From assembly GCA_051362555.1 (NCBI GenBank), contig CM120641.1, forward strand, positions 16,926,001-16,990,000: a stretch of DNA of 64,000 nucleotides, in the 5' to 3' direction. Position numbers and translations under genes: made by a program. Below the pieces are notes generated by a model, which was given only the letters and a program-made list of their open reading frames with translations, made no database searches and was not told the origin of the DNA. Source of the DNA: Lingula anatina. Lineage: Eukaryota; Animalia; Brachiopoda. Of the stretch, positions 26,701-37,177 are shown piece by piece; position 1 is the stretch's first letter, and the number at the start of each line of letters is the position of its first letter.

Positions 26701-27537
26701 AAAGAATGGTACAATAAGGGTATAAGAATAATTGGCGATCTTTTCAACGAAGGAAAATTTTTAACCAAAGCTGAACTGGAAAGGAAATTTGGATTTCAAA
26801 GAGTATGTGATCTAAAATATTTTGGAATACGTAACAGTTTAAAATGTAGGCTAAAAGAAAAGAACAATGAAGAAATTTTTGAAGATATTTTATTTCCTTA
26901 TGTTCCTCAGCCGGTTCAGCTACTTATAAAGAGTCGAAATGGGTGTAAAGATTTCTATCGGGTTCTCATGAGTGAAGCTCCTGAAAACTTGGTACACGAA
27001 AGGAAATGGAACCTAGATCTAAATATAAATATCACTTGGAAGTATGTTTACGAGAATTGTTTCTATGTTACACGAGAAACAAAACTTCAATGGTTCCAAT
27101 ACAGAATAATTTTTAGAATCTTACCAGTTAGGTCATACCTGAAAAGAATCGGTATTGAGGTGTCAGAGAAATGCTTTATCTGTGGAGCGGAGAGGGAAGA
27201 TTTGCGACATGTATTTTTAAATTGCTATCGAATAAGAAACATTTGGACTGAAATGGAACGCTTGATTGCTAACAAAACTGATGAAAGAATTACACTCTAT
27301 GATGAAAATATACTTTTTGGAGTATCCAAAACAAATTTCAAGCCTCTAAATTACATTATTCTTGTCTCCAAATTTTATATATATACTTGTTTTAAAAGAA
27401 AAATGCAGCCGACCTTCCCTTCCCTTCTCTTATATATCAAAACAAAATTCGAATTAGAAAAATATGTTTCTCAAAAAAATCTTCAATTAGGCCATTTTCT
27501 TACAGAGTGGAGAACCTGGGATTCTATTTTTGACTAG
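23740..27537 (+). CDS. LINE ORF2: APE endonuclease, reverse transcriptase and C-terminal zinc knuckle
   Basis: SINCQGL, CLQDTH, GDFN, RLDFFL, SDHSPV; KSPGSDG, IDFEKAFD, GCRQGDPLSP, QYADD; CFIC..EDLRHVFLNC. Confidence 0.97.
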   Translation: MNSIKIASINCQGLRDSTKRRDIFHFYRSKKYHIVCLQDTHFDSHEEKRILSEWGYKAYFNFFSTNSRGVAILINNNFEFEYLKEFKTNDGNLLALDVNIEKNRFTLINIYGPNRDTPDFYEQVRDIIIDFNNENFLICGDFNLTLNPDIDTENYANVNNPRARQKLLEVMNDLNIIDYFRLLYPDERRFTWRRRNPRRQARLDFFLIADNLQNSVSNISIKASYRSDHSPVILELKLNKFIKGKGTWVFNSSLLKDEEYVSKVKDIIKRTKVQYAVPVYAEENITEIPNEQISFTIDDSLFLEMLLMEIRGMTISHSSFKKKQRDRQELELEREIYVMEMNHPNENSLDELEAKREALKNIRQEKLKGVLVRAKCRWIEEGEKPTKYFCSLESRNYVNKTIQNLELPDGTTIFDQKLILNEAKLFYERLYSSKTNQLEEVDLELFFANLDVPKLSEPDKEYLQTEITSKELLRVLKKMKNNKSPGSDGFTAEFYKFFWNDLHSFIIRAVNEIFINEKMMASQNLGIITCIPKADKIRKFIKNWRLITLLNVIYKMISGCIAERMKLYLDKIISNSQSGFIAGRYIGENTRLIYDLMHIAEKKNIPALLILIDFEKAFDSVDWGFIDKVLDFFNFGETIKRWFHILNYDSKASVTQNGHLSEPFKISRGCRQGDPLSPYIFLLCAEILAIMIKNNKDICGIKLGDTEFKITQYADDTTLILDGNRSSFLESFCTLDYFSKISGLHINNSKTKPVWIGSRKYSREVFHHVRWKLDWGSTQFNLLGIEFSVNLNDMVTLNFDKQIPKIEGMIRHWNRRILTPIGRITILKTLIIPMLNHLFISLPNPDPVFIKKLSSIFFQFIWGSKIDKVKRGQIVKDYEYGGLKMTDLSKFITALKCTWIRRLYLKNNIYNTILQSTFDLQSIWNIFDYGNDYLDILLRNCNNRFWKDVIISWKDLTYGIEDMNSNIALEPLWYNRKVKLGGVSILDKEWYNKGIRIIGDLFNEGKFLTKAELERKFGFQRVCDLKYFGIRNSLKCRLKEKNNEEIFEDILFPYVPQPVQLLIKSRNGCKDFYRVLMSEAPENLVHERKWNLDLNINITWKYVYENCFYVTRETKLQWFQYRIIFRILPVRSYLKRIGIEVSEKCFICGAEREDLRHVFLNCYRIRNIWTEMERLIANKTDERITLYDENILFGVSKTNFKPLNYIILVSKFYIYTCFKRKMQPTFPSLLLYIKTKFELEKYVSQKNLQLGHFLTEWRTWDSIFD

Positions 27538-28677
27538 TTTCTCCACTTATAAATTTACTTTACTTTTTCGCTAATTTCTTATGTGAAATGTAAAATGTTG
27601 GTATCTTGTTATGTGCAGCATCACTTGTAATATACTGTTTCGTACGTAGTCCGGCTATCTACATGTTTACTTAATGTATAATGAATGTCTTGTGTGTGTT
27701 ATTGTGTGTGTGTGTGTGTTAGTGTGTGTGTCTACAGATGTATTTTTGTTTGTCTTTTTGTGAATAAAAAAAAAATAAATAAATAAATTAAAAAAAAAAA
27801 AAAAACTACATCTAAACAGATAGGATCAAGATGCACCACGAGAACAGCCAATCAAAACTCATAACTATAACAACCAATCAGATCCTGGCCTCGTTCTCGC
27901 ATATGACACAGTTTCGACAAATCCTCAGTCGACCTCCCGACTCTTGAGCCATTCACACGCTCAATTCATACCGTCCAGTTTGACACAAGCGAGACACTTG
28001 TGCTCAAGCATGATACTATAAAGCCGAGATGGCTCGTATCATTCACAATGGCGAGACACCATTGATGAAAACTCACTAAACAAAGCATGATACCTTAAAG
28101 CCGAGATGGCTCGTATCATTCACAATGGCGAGACACCATTGATGAAAACTCACTAAACAAAGGCGAGACACCTTTGCTTACCAGCCCCCTACGTCCCTAA
28201 ATTTTTTTTTTTTTTCCATCTCGGACTCTGCAGCTGATGAAGGTCACTTGTTGACTGAAAAGCGCTTTCTGCAACCAGTCCACCCTCCCCCTTCCCTCGA
28301 CAGGCGAGACGCCTCTATCGTGCCAATCACGAAATGCCCTTTTCAGGGCACCCTATGTAGATCGGTATCTATAAATCTCATACTATGTAGGCGAGACACC
28401 TACCTTCCTATCAGAGACGATCTTTCCTCATATTAAAGGCGAGAAGCCTAACACACTCTAAAAGTCGCTCTCAACTCTGCAAGGGGCGCTGTCAAAATAC
28501 ACGTCCTAAGAGGCCCAGCTCTGAATCGTGTTATTTTGGTAAAGTGGAATCTAACTAGGGCATGAGCCGACCACCCCCAACACAAAATCTGCAGTGTTCA
28601 GTGACTCTATTAATTAACATTTACACATATGGCATCTTACAGGTGACATCATAATTGCGATTTTGGGGTATAAACTG

Positions 28678-28679
<2 letters not shown>

Positions 28680-28718
<39 letters not shown>

Positions 28719-31656
28719 TGACACAATACATCACGAATACATGACAATACAAAAACAAACAAACAGACACTCGCTCACACACTCACACATAAGAGATGTT
28801 ATGCTATATAACACTTTTTAGTTAATTACATCATACGCTAAATATTCAAATTGAAAATAACTTAATTATATTTGAATTGTACTGACAGATTGACTTATCT
28901 GTTTTCACCAGATATCTAAGCGATGAAATCAAACCTCCTAATGTTGGTTTACCCTGTGAACATCTTAAATAAATATAAAATTTAAATTGCAACATAATGA
29001 GATTAATAATTGGAGAGAGGCTCGTAGAGCCGACTAAGCAATTCCGTTTTGAGACAGGTAGAGTAACTTGAGTATTAGATAATATATATTCTACCAAGTC
29101 GGTCAATAATTTTTGGGTAACCGCACAATTCCAGAATAAATGCTCTGTTGTTTCTTCAGCTCCTTTGCACAGGGAACATATACTGTTGTCGACCATTTTA
29201 TATTTGAAAAGCAGTGAATTTGTGGTAAGGATATTATGATTAATTCGAAATTGGAACCAGTGAAGCTTTGAATCTTTTGTTATTGTGAAAGGAAGTTCAA
29301 AAATCTTCGGGCATTCATTTTCTTCCAAATTTAACAACTCCTTCCATTTATTCATACCTTTTGACATCTCAAGAACACCTACTTTACTTAAAGTTTTATA
29401 ATAAATCTTTGAGCCTTTTGAACAACCTGAGAGCAACAATATATAATCAGGAATTAAAGGAGTGGCCATTTTACTTAATTTTTCAGGAATACCACCAAGC
29501 CATTCTTTTATGGCTGAGATAATTCCATGGTATTCGACAAAATTTGTGTCAATACCGTGGATATCCCTGAACGCAGTGAAGTCATAGAACTCCCCAGAGT
29601 CCAGGAGTAGATCATTTACAAATCTAATGTTTTTGTCATACCACGATGTATAGAAGACAGGTTTATTTCCAATAAGTATATTTTCATTTAGAAAGAGTGG
29701 AATGTTACCAAAATCCTTGATTTTATTGGCCATTATTGTACCACAGAGTTCTTTCCAGGCTGCTAAGGCATCAATCCAGAACCTATTTTTTATGTTTTTC
29801 AAGATTTTTGAGATATATTCTGTACCACATGTGATTAATTTTTCAGTGTCTACATATTTGGATATAATATTTTTCCATTCTTTATTTTCGAACATAAGTC
29901 TTCTTACCCATGAAATTTTTCACGATTTTATAAAATGCCTCACGCTTACCATCCTCAAGCCCCCAGCTTTATAATCTCTTATAATGATATTTCTTTTAAT
30001 TTTATCAGGTTTATTATTCCAGAGAAAAGAAAAAAGACACTTTTCTAATTCTTTAATCTGTTTTTCCTCTGGGTTTGGGAGCGATATAAATATATGGTTC
30101 AATACCGGCAAGGCTAATGTTTTTATTACTGTTATTTTACCAATTGGTGTTATATTTCTTACTCTCCACTGATTAAATATTTTTTTCATGGAAGTTAACT
30201 TGGTCTCCATATTTTGCTTCGTTATCTTACCTAAATCTACATCAAATTCTATCCCTAGCATTTTAAAACTAGTTTTTCCCCAATCTAATCTATATTTTGG
30301 GCAGAGGATATCATTAGAGTATCGCTTTGACCCAATCCATATAACTTCAGTTTTAGAGAGATTAATATGCAGACCGGAGATCTTCGAAAATTTATCCAAG
30401 ACAAACATACATTCATTCAGTGACTTTTCACTCCCGTCAAGTATAAGAGTAGTGTCATCTGCATATAATGAAATTTTTAATTCTTTTGCACCTATATTAA
30501 TACCCTTTATATTGTCATTGTTTCGTATAAACGCCGCCAATATTTCGGCGCATAGAATAAAGAGATAGGGTGAGAGGGGATCCCCCTGACGGCATCCTCT
30601 ATTAATTTTAAAGAATTCCGACATATTCCCCCCTTGATTTACTGTAGCAGAGATGTCATTGTAGAACAATGATACCCATCTCCTGACTGAATCACCAAAG
30701 TTAAAAAAGGTCAGAACCTTTTGAATGAATGACCAAGACAAGGAATCGAATGCCTTTTCAAAGTCAATTAATAACAGTAACCCAGGAATATTTTCTTCCT
30801 CAGTATACTGCATTGTATTGTATATAAGTCGCGTGTTCTCTCCGATATATCTACCAGCCATGAATCCGGTTTGTTCCGGATATATTAATTTATCTAACAC
30901 TAGTTTTACCCTAGCAGCTATCGAACCCGAGGCGATCTTGTATATAGTATTGAGAAGTGATATGGGGCGCCAGTTTTTAAGAAAGTGGCGTGGTTTATCT
31001 CCCTTTGGGAGGCAAGTGATTATACCTTGTTTTTGCGTCACCGATAACTGGCCAGTTTCGTAAGCAAAATTAATTGACCTGACAACAAAAGAGCTTAGTT
31101 GTCTCCAAAATACCTTATAGAATTCAACTGAAAAGCCGTCAGTTCCCGGGGATTTGTTCGATTTCATTTTAGATAATGTTTGTGCTGCTTCTGCCTCCGT
31201 AATGGGCCCTTCCAATTCTGCAGCTTCCAGATTGCTGAGTTTATAAACATCGTTAAGGGTTACCTCATTATCTAGATTAACATCTTCTATGTTATGCTCC
31301 CGGCATGCATACAGATTTTCATAAAATTTTTTGGTATTTTCTAGTATCTTCCCCTGGTTAACAATAATTGTGCCATCGTCTAGCTGAATTCTTGGAATCA
31401 GTTTATTGGTAAAATTTCTCGATTCTAGACCACAAAAATATTTAGTTGGTTTTTCGCCTTCCTCCACCCACTTAGCTCTGGATCTAATAAATGCACCTTG
31501 TAATTTTTCTTTTCGTACTTCCTCCAATTCTTTTTGCTTTTGTCTTAAAGTCTGAATATTGGCCCCGCAAGTTATATTTTCTAAAAGTTCAATTTCCTTA
31601 ACTAACTTCTTTTCTATTTCTGACTTTTTCTTTTTATGGTAAGACGCATAAGAAAT
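28680..31656 (-). mobile_element. 5'-truncated Tx1/L1 LINE (different family) with a frameshift near 29920
   Basis: RT motifs KSPGTDG, IDFEKAFD, GCRQGDPLSP, LYADD, CSLC..ETTEHLFWNC; poly(T) at 28680-28715 is the poly(A) tail; lacks endonuclease and ORF1. Confidence 0.92.
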
Positions 31657-32248
31657 CTGAAAAAACTGAAAAATTGGTTTCTCAAATTTATCTTTTACCT
31701 GAGCACTCACAATCACCATTTCAAGGCTGATTTAATGATACTATTAAGTACTCCAAAACACTGCCAGCATTTTTTTTCAAAGTCTAAGTTCAGATTTTAG
31801 CGTTGATAAAGAAAAAAAAAAAATGCCTTCGTTTAATGAAAATCTGTAATTAGGGGCTCATAACTCCATAACAAAATCATTTAAACCAAAATGACAGCAC
31901 AGAATTGTAGCATATGTCAATTTTCTTCATAAATCTTGTTCAGAGATGAAGTTAAGCCACATACCGATTGCTATCTCACCTCAAATTTAAAAGGTATTAA
32001 ATTGACGATTAAAGCTTTGAGTTGCTTATGCTTATACATTGCAACTAAAAATATAAATGCTGATATTTTATATTTAGAGGGTTTTTTGACTGCTTTAAAT
32101 CGGCACAAAGATAGATGCACTTCTAAATAATTAGAATAGATGCAGGAAAAAAACTCATTTTCTGTATTTAGATAATAAAGGGTTACAATATCCTTATGTC
32201 TACTTTTCTAACTGTACCCTTACTTTTTTTGAGCAGTTTATTACTTAC

Positions 32249-32326
32249 CGTGTAATGTCTATGCTCACTATGGTTCCAATCCACTTCCCTTTCCAGAAAG
32301 GATGACTGGTCTCATTTGGTTGGTGC
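32249..32326 (-). CDS. PRORP: PRORP-like, coding exon 2 (HQPNETSHPFWKGKWIGTIVSIDITR)
   Basis: tag acceptor and gtaagt donor; 78 nt, phase 2 to phase 2, joins exons 1 and 3 in frame. Confidence 0.7.
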
Positions 32327-32364
32327 CTACATACAAAGCAGTGAGTTATAAAACAGGGTAAAAT

Positions 32365-34170
32365 GAGAGGATCAGAGAGGGGATACCGCCTCCGGATATT
32401 GTACCACCAGCTGGAGTAAGCCCATTCAAAACCACAAAAAAGGGAAACCACCACCACCACCAGTGTTGTGCTTGACAAGCCTTCAAAATGCAAAAACAAG
32501 ACTTCTCAAAATATGAAAAAAAGGGTAAAAAAGCAGCAAAACTGCAGCAAAAATGGTCTGATGAAGCTGATTTTGAACTCAACCTGTTTTTTTGTAACAT
32601 TAATCACTAGTGTGATTTATAAGACAATAGGCCTATCAGTTTTCCTTGAAATGTGCTATCAATGTGGAATATATGACGAAAAAAAAAAGAAAAGAAAAAC
32701 AGTATAACTTTTGAAAAAATGGCCCGATCATGCTGATTTTCGAACTCGACCTGTATTTTATGAATGTACATCAGTTCCATAAGTTTATTTTCACCAGTGA
32801 ATATTGTACTTTTTGATATAGCGCAACTTGTAAACTACATGGAAAACAAAAATTGACACCACCTCCAGTGTTGCGCTTGACAAGCTCTGTAAAATGCACA
32901 AAGCAAGAGGTCTCTATATGGTTTTAGAATTAGAGAAGTTTTCAGTTTTGGCATCTAATGGCTGATTCTCCTGTGAAAATGCACCAATTGACCCAAACTC
33001 AGGAAGATGTAAGTTTGAAAAGACATGGTTTTTCTTCAATAGTCACTATGGCAGCAGTGCCCAAAATAGTTTTTTTTCTCCAATTCTGATGCAATATTAC
33101 ATAATGCTTAACAGCATTATCAAAAACCAAGAATCTTTAATAAAATATAAACATGGATTTTCAGAAAATGTGATTTGCAAAGGTCACCAAGCCCTTGGAA
33201 GTTCAAAGTCACACCTTGAATATGCCAAAATGTAAACAAGATATAACTGTACTGAAATGAGTTTATTTCCATTTTCAACACTTTTTTCACATAAAACAAA
33301 AAAATCAAATTACTGTCATTTTCATATGGTCTACTAAGAAAATTGCTGACATAGGAAAAAATATGAATAGAACAATTTTAAATGTCCAATTAACTCCATC
33401 CTGAGATTCTGAACATAGTGAATGATTGAATTTGACAAACTGCAATGATATGAGTTTATTTCTATTTTTGACACTTTATTACACAATACACAATAACAGG
33501 TTTACCATAATTTTTATATTATCAACTAACAATGTTGTTAAGATGCAGAACACACTTTTACGTGTCTGATTAGTTCAAAAATGAGACTGTTAACATGCCG
33601 AAGAATAGAATCTGAGGAAAAACTACTCATATACAAAAAAGGCATAACTTCATCAAAACCAATCAAGTTGATTTTCCAAGTTGATCTGTATTTTAGTAAG
33701 ACTGATCTTTCTTGAGTTTCAAGCCAATAATGGGCCTATTGGTTTTCCTTGAAATGTATTATCAGTGTTGCATATATATGCTGAGGAAAGGGAAAAAACT
33801 GCATAACTTTTCTAAAAATGGTACGATCAATCTAATTTTTTAATTTAACCTGTGTAATATTAAGACTGATCACACCTGTGAGTTTCAAGACAATAGGCCT
33901 ATCATTTTTTCCTTGAAATGTGTTATCAGCGTTGTATATATACTGAAAAAAAGGAAAAACAGCATAACTTTTTTAAAAAATGGTCCGATCCTGCTGATTT
34001 TTGTACTCAACCTGTATTTTTTGAATATTCATCAGTTCAAAAAGTTTGAAGACAAAAGGTAAAACATTTTTCCACTTATCATGTTATTGGTAAAAGTGCA
34101 CAACAACGACGGTAACGGCAGATGCAGGTGATGGCTATATGTACAGACACATTGTGTCTGTACATAAAAA
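32365..34170 (-). mobile_element. Composite of family B 3' end and family A sequences
   Basis: gaggatcagagagg...gtaccaccagc at 32365; family A 5' hairpin at about 34140-34170. Confidence 0.55.
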
Positions 34171-34511
34171 GTTATTTCCAAATAGGCAAGCATTTTTTTT
34201 CAATCCTGACAGGCACATTCCACAATAACTTTTTCAATGAAGCCTGTATACCTCTCATGAAGCCTCAAAATAACTGTGTTGGGCGGGAAAATTCATTGAC
34301 AATATTAAAATCATTAAGAGTGGTTTAAAACAAAGTTTTTGCGAAATGAAACATTTCACCTGGTACTCTATAATAATTACGATATTATATCATTAGCTTT
34401 CCTTCAACTGTGAGCTTAACTGAAAAACTTATCATCTCATGATGAGGAAGGTAATAGGGATGCACATATATCATAACAGTGAGTAAATGCTGTATGATAC
34501 TTAGTACTCAC

Positions 34512-35482
34512 TCCTCAAACCAATCCTTCATCTCCTCAAGGCAGGATTCTGGTAAACACCATAAATGGCTATGCATCTTCCTCAACAGGCCCTGAACAAT
34601 CATTTCACTTTGTTTCACAGCCTGCCTGTCTGAACTGTTGTCTTTGTCCCTCTGCCTATGAAGTTTCTGCACCAATTGAAGAACTCTTTTAAAGAAATCT
34701 GGGGGTGGAGCATATCCTCCTCTTCTGTGGGCACTGTTAGCATATAAAGACAAAATTTTTAATGCTATGTTGTATTCTTCTTCAGAAAATGCAGCAATTA
34801 TCAGAGGTGAAAACATATCAACAAGACTATTACATGAATCTTTTTTTGTTAGTATATCCAAGCAATCTCTCCACCTCTCTGTGGCACATAATCCTTCAAC
34901 CACATGTTTGTGGTAAGGCTGTGGAGGCAACTTCAGTTCAGCACAAAGTGCTAGGTATTCATCAAACAATTCATAGATAAGCTCCTGGTTTTCTTTAAAA
35001 CCCAATCTTCCTAGTAAAGACAGGTACAACTGCAGCAAGACAAAATGCTGAGAAGACTCCAAATGTTTCCTCGAGTATTGAACTAAAGAAGCCATGCCAT
35101 CTGTGAATTGGTTGTTTTTGCAAATAGTGCCAGCAATAACATGTACAGTTCCCTGTATGTGCTGCATTGCACGTTGATTTTCAAGCACCTGCAAAATCTT
35201 TTCATCAGTTCTTATTTCATTCAGTTTTTCTTTCCATTCGTGAACAGTCAAAGCTTTATCTTCCTGGGATGGAAAGATAATGTCTTTACAAATGCCCTCA
35301 ATGGAAGAAGTTTTATCACTTTTTATCTTGCAAGCCCCTGTTGAATGAATCAGGCGAGTGCAAGTCACTTTAGTTATTTTTTCATAAATATTGTGGACAT
35401 CTAATTTCCTTGGCCTCAAACTGCAGCCTTTTAGTACTGTGCCAATAACTGATGAAGACAAAGCCTGTTTCAATCTAAACAT
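34512..35482 (-). CDS. PRORP: PRORP/MRPP3-like, coding exon 1 (mitochondrial presequence-like N-terminus, helical PPR-like region)
   Basis: Basic presequence MFRLKQALSS..., GLCATERWRDCL and MKDWFE motifs; GA|GTGAGT donor (phase 2); UTR acceptor at about 35524. Confidence 0.85.
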
Positions 35483-35625
35483 TGCTGACAGCTTACACCC
35501 TGGCTTTTTATCTGGATTCCAACCTGAAAAAATATTTTAACAAATTTACCCATATAAGGTCACATGAAAAAGTATAGGTCAAGACACACCAACAAGTTTC
35601 AAGAATTCATGATAAGCGTTTGAAG

Positions 35626-36493
35626 TAGCACGAAAATTCATGCGCTATTGACAATTCTGATATTTACTGTCTGCTAACGCATGAAAGCAAAGGCCTCAAA
35701 AAGTTGGAAATGAAAACCAGTTGCCGAACCAAATTTTTATTTTACATCTCATCTCCTCAACACGCACATTACTGGGAAGCCAACCAGTTTTCTCATCAAC
35801 TAAGGTATCACTTTCCTTAAATTCATCTGTCTATCTATCAGTTTGACCGTCGTAAAATCTTACACCCGCTGAAACAGACGAAAACCAGGTCAAATCTACT
35901 CAGGTCATGATGCAACGGCCAGTAACCTACTGCGCATGAGCGGAATTTATTTAAGGCTGAGTCTTCCAGTTGATTTTCACTATGTATCCATGACAATATA
36001 AACATATATTTTGAATGAAAAACGGTTGAAAATTCAATTTCACTGATTACATTTTCATCAATTCAGTGAAATGTGTCCGAAACGTAAAGAGCGGGTGATT
36101 TGCCTAGCGTTCCTCGTTCTGGCCGAGCACAGCATGTGGACCACAACTTCCGCCCTTGCGCAGTAGGCTACTGGGGGTTGACCTGAGTAGATTTGACCTG
36201 GTTTTCGCCTGTTTATAACCGGTTTATGATTTTACAACGGTCAAACTGGTAGATAGACAGTTGGATATTAGCAAAGTGGCAGCTCTGTTGATGGGAAAAC
36301 TGGTTGACTTCACATTTATGTGCGTGTTAAGGAGATGAGATGTAAAATAAAAATTTGAGAGCTGCTGCACCGCTGCTGGTTTAGCCACTGGTTTTCATTT
36401 CCAACTTTTTGAGGCCTTTGCTTTCATGCGTAAGCACAGACAGTACATATCAGAATCATCAATAGGAGTGCTAATGCATGAATTTTCGTGCTA
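35626..36493. repeat. Diverged inverted repeat (arms about 320-345 bp, spacer about 200 bp) with CpG and promoter-like motifs
   Basis: e.g. gcatgaaagcaaaggcctcaaaaagttggaaatgaaaaccagt and its reverse complement at about 36388-36429; aaaaccaggtcaaatctactcaggtca / tgacctgagtagatttgacctggtttt. Confidence 0.85.
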
Positions 36494-36747
36494 ATGATAA
36501 AGTTGTAGTTCAAATTATTGGCTGTGACAAATTGGCTCTGCATGGCTACAATATCCAAAATAGGTAAGCTCTGCTGTCACCTTGATCAGTTAATGAATCT
36601 TAAAAGTACTCTAAATTCTTTGAACATCACTACCTATCGGCTTTCTCCAGATGTCATTTTTAGGAAAATGATTGACAGCTACAGTACGAGCTCTTCAATC
36701 ATTATTTTAAGGCGAAAGTGGGGTGTATGATATGCAACTAGACTATC

Positions 36748-36969
36748 AATGGTATGAAAAAGTAAAAATGAGCAATTGTATCTTTCATGACCTGGAGGAG
36801 GTTAAAGAGAGACCTCGAGAGCTTTTCACATACTATCACAGAAGCACAGCCAGGTTTCTCTGTAACTGCTTTTAGGTCAGAAAGAAGATATTATATAATC
36901 GAGGTCTCTCTTTAATCTCCTCCAGGTCATGAAAGATACAATTGCTCCTTTTTACTTTTTCATACCATT
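36748..36969. mobile_element. Hairpin MITE-like element with about 70-bp TIRs
   Basis: aatggtatgaaaaagtaaaaa...gagagacctcga versus tcgaggtctctc...tttttactttttcataccatt. Confidence 0.7.
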
Positions 36970-37177
36970 TTTGCCGGAGATTTTCATAAATTGCGCAATA
37001 AAAATTATATTCATCTTTTACTTTATGTAGGTATATCACAATCCGCTAGGGGCGCTACAGTAGTGCAGTGAAGTGTAAAACTGATATCGGCCTGCTGACA
37101 GCCCGCCTATGGCACCCCTTTTTTAAATCTCTCTTTTAGCGCCGCGTAAAAAAAAAACTTATACAAGCCATTAACTA

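Larger units (their letters stand above)
22139..27802 (+). mobile_element. Full-length intact Tx1/L1-clade non-LTR retrotransposon
   Basis: 15-bp TSD aaactacatctaaac (22124-22138 / 27803-27817), 5' aagatggcgg (YY1-like), two intact ORFs, aataaa plus poly(A). Confidence 0.95.
21616..28584. mobile_element. Foldback DNA element with about 423-bp TIRs (21616-22038 / 28161-28584), interrupted by a LINE
   Basis: Near-perfect reverse-complement arms, TGT...ACA termini, repeated ggcgagacac motif; no TSD recognised. Confidence 0.85.

Noticed and set aside
21866-28436. Paired small ORFs sharing LTEKRFLQPVHPPPSLDRRD
   Set aside because: They are simply the two arms of the inverted repeat; no coding evidence.
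26073-31063. Short antisense ORFs over the two LINEs
   Set aside because: Shadows of RT coding sequence with no independent support.
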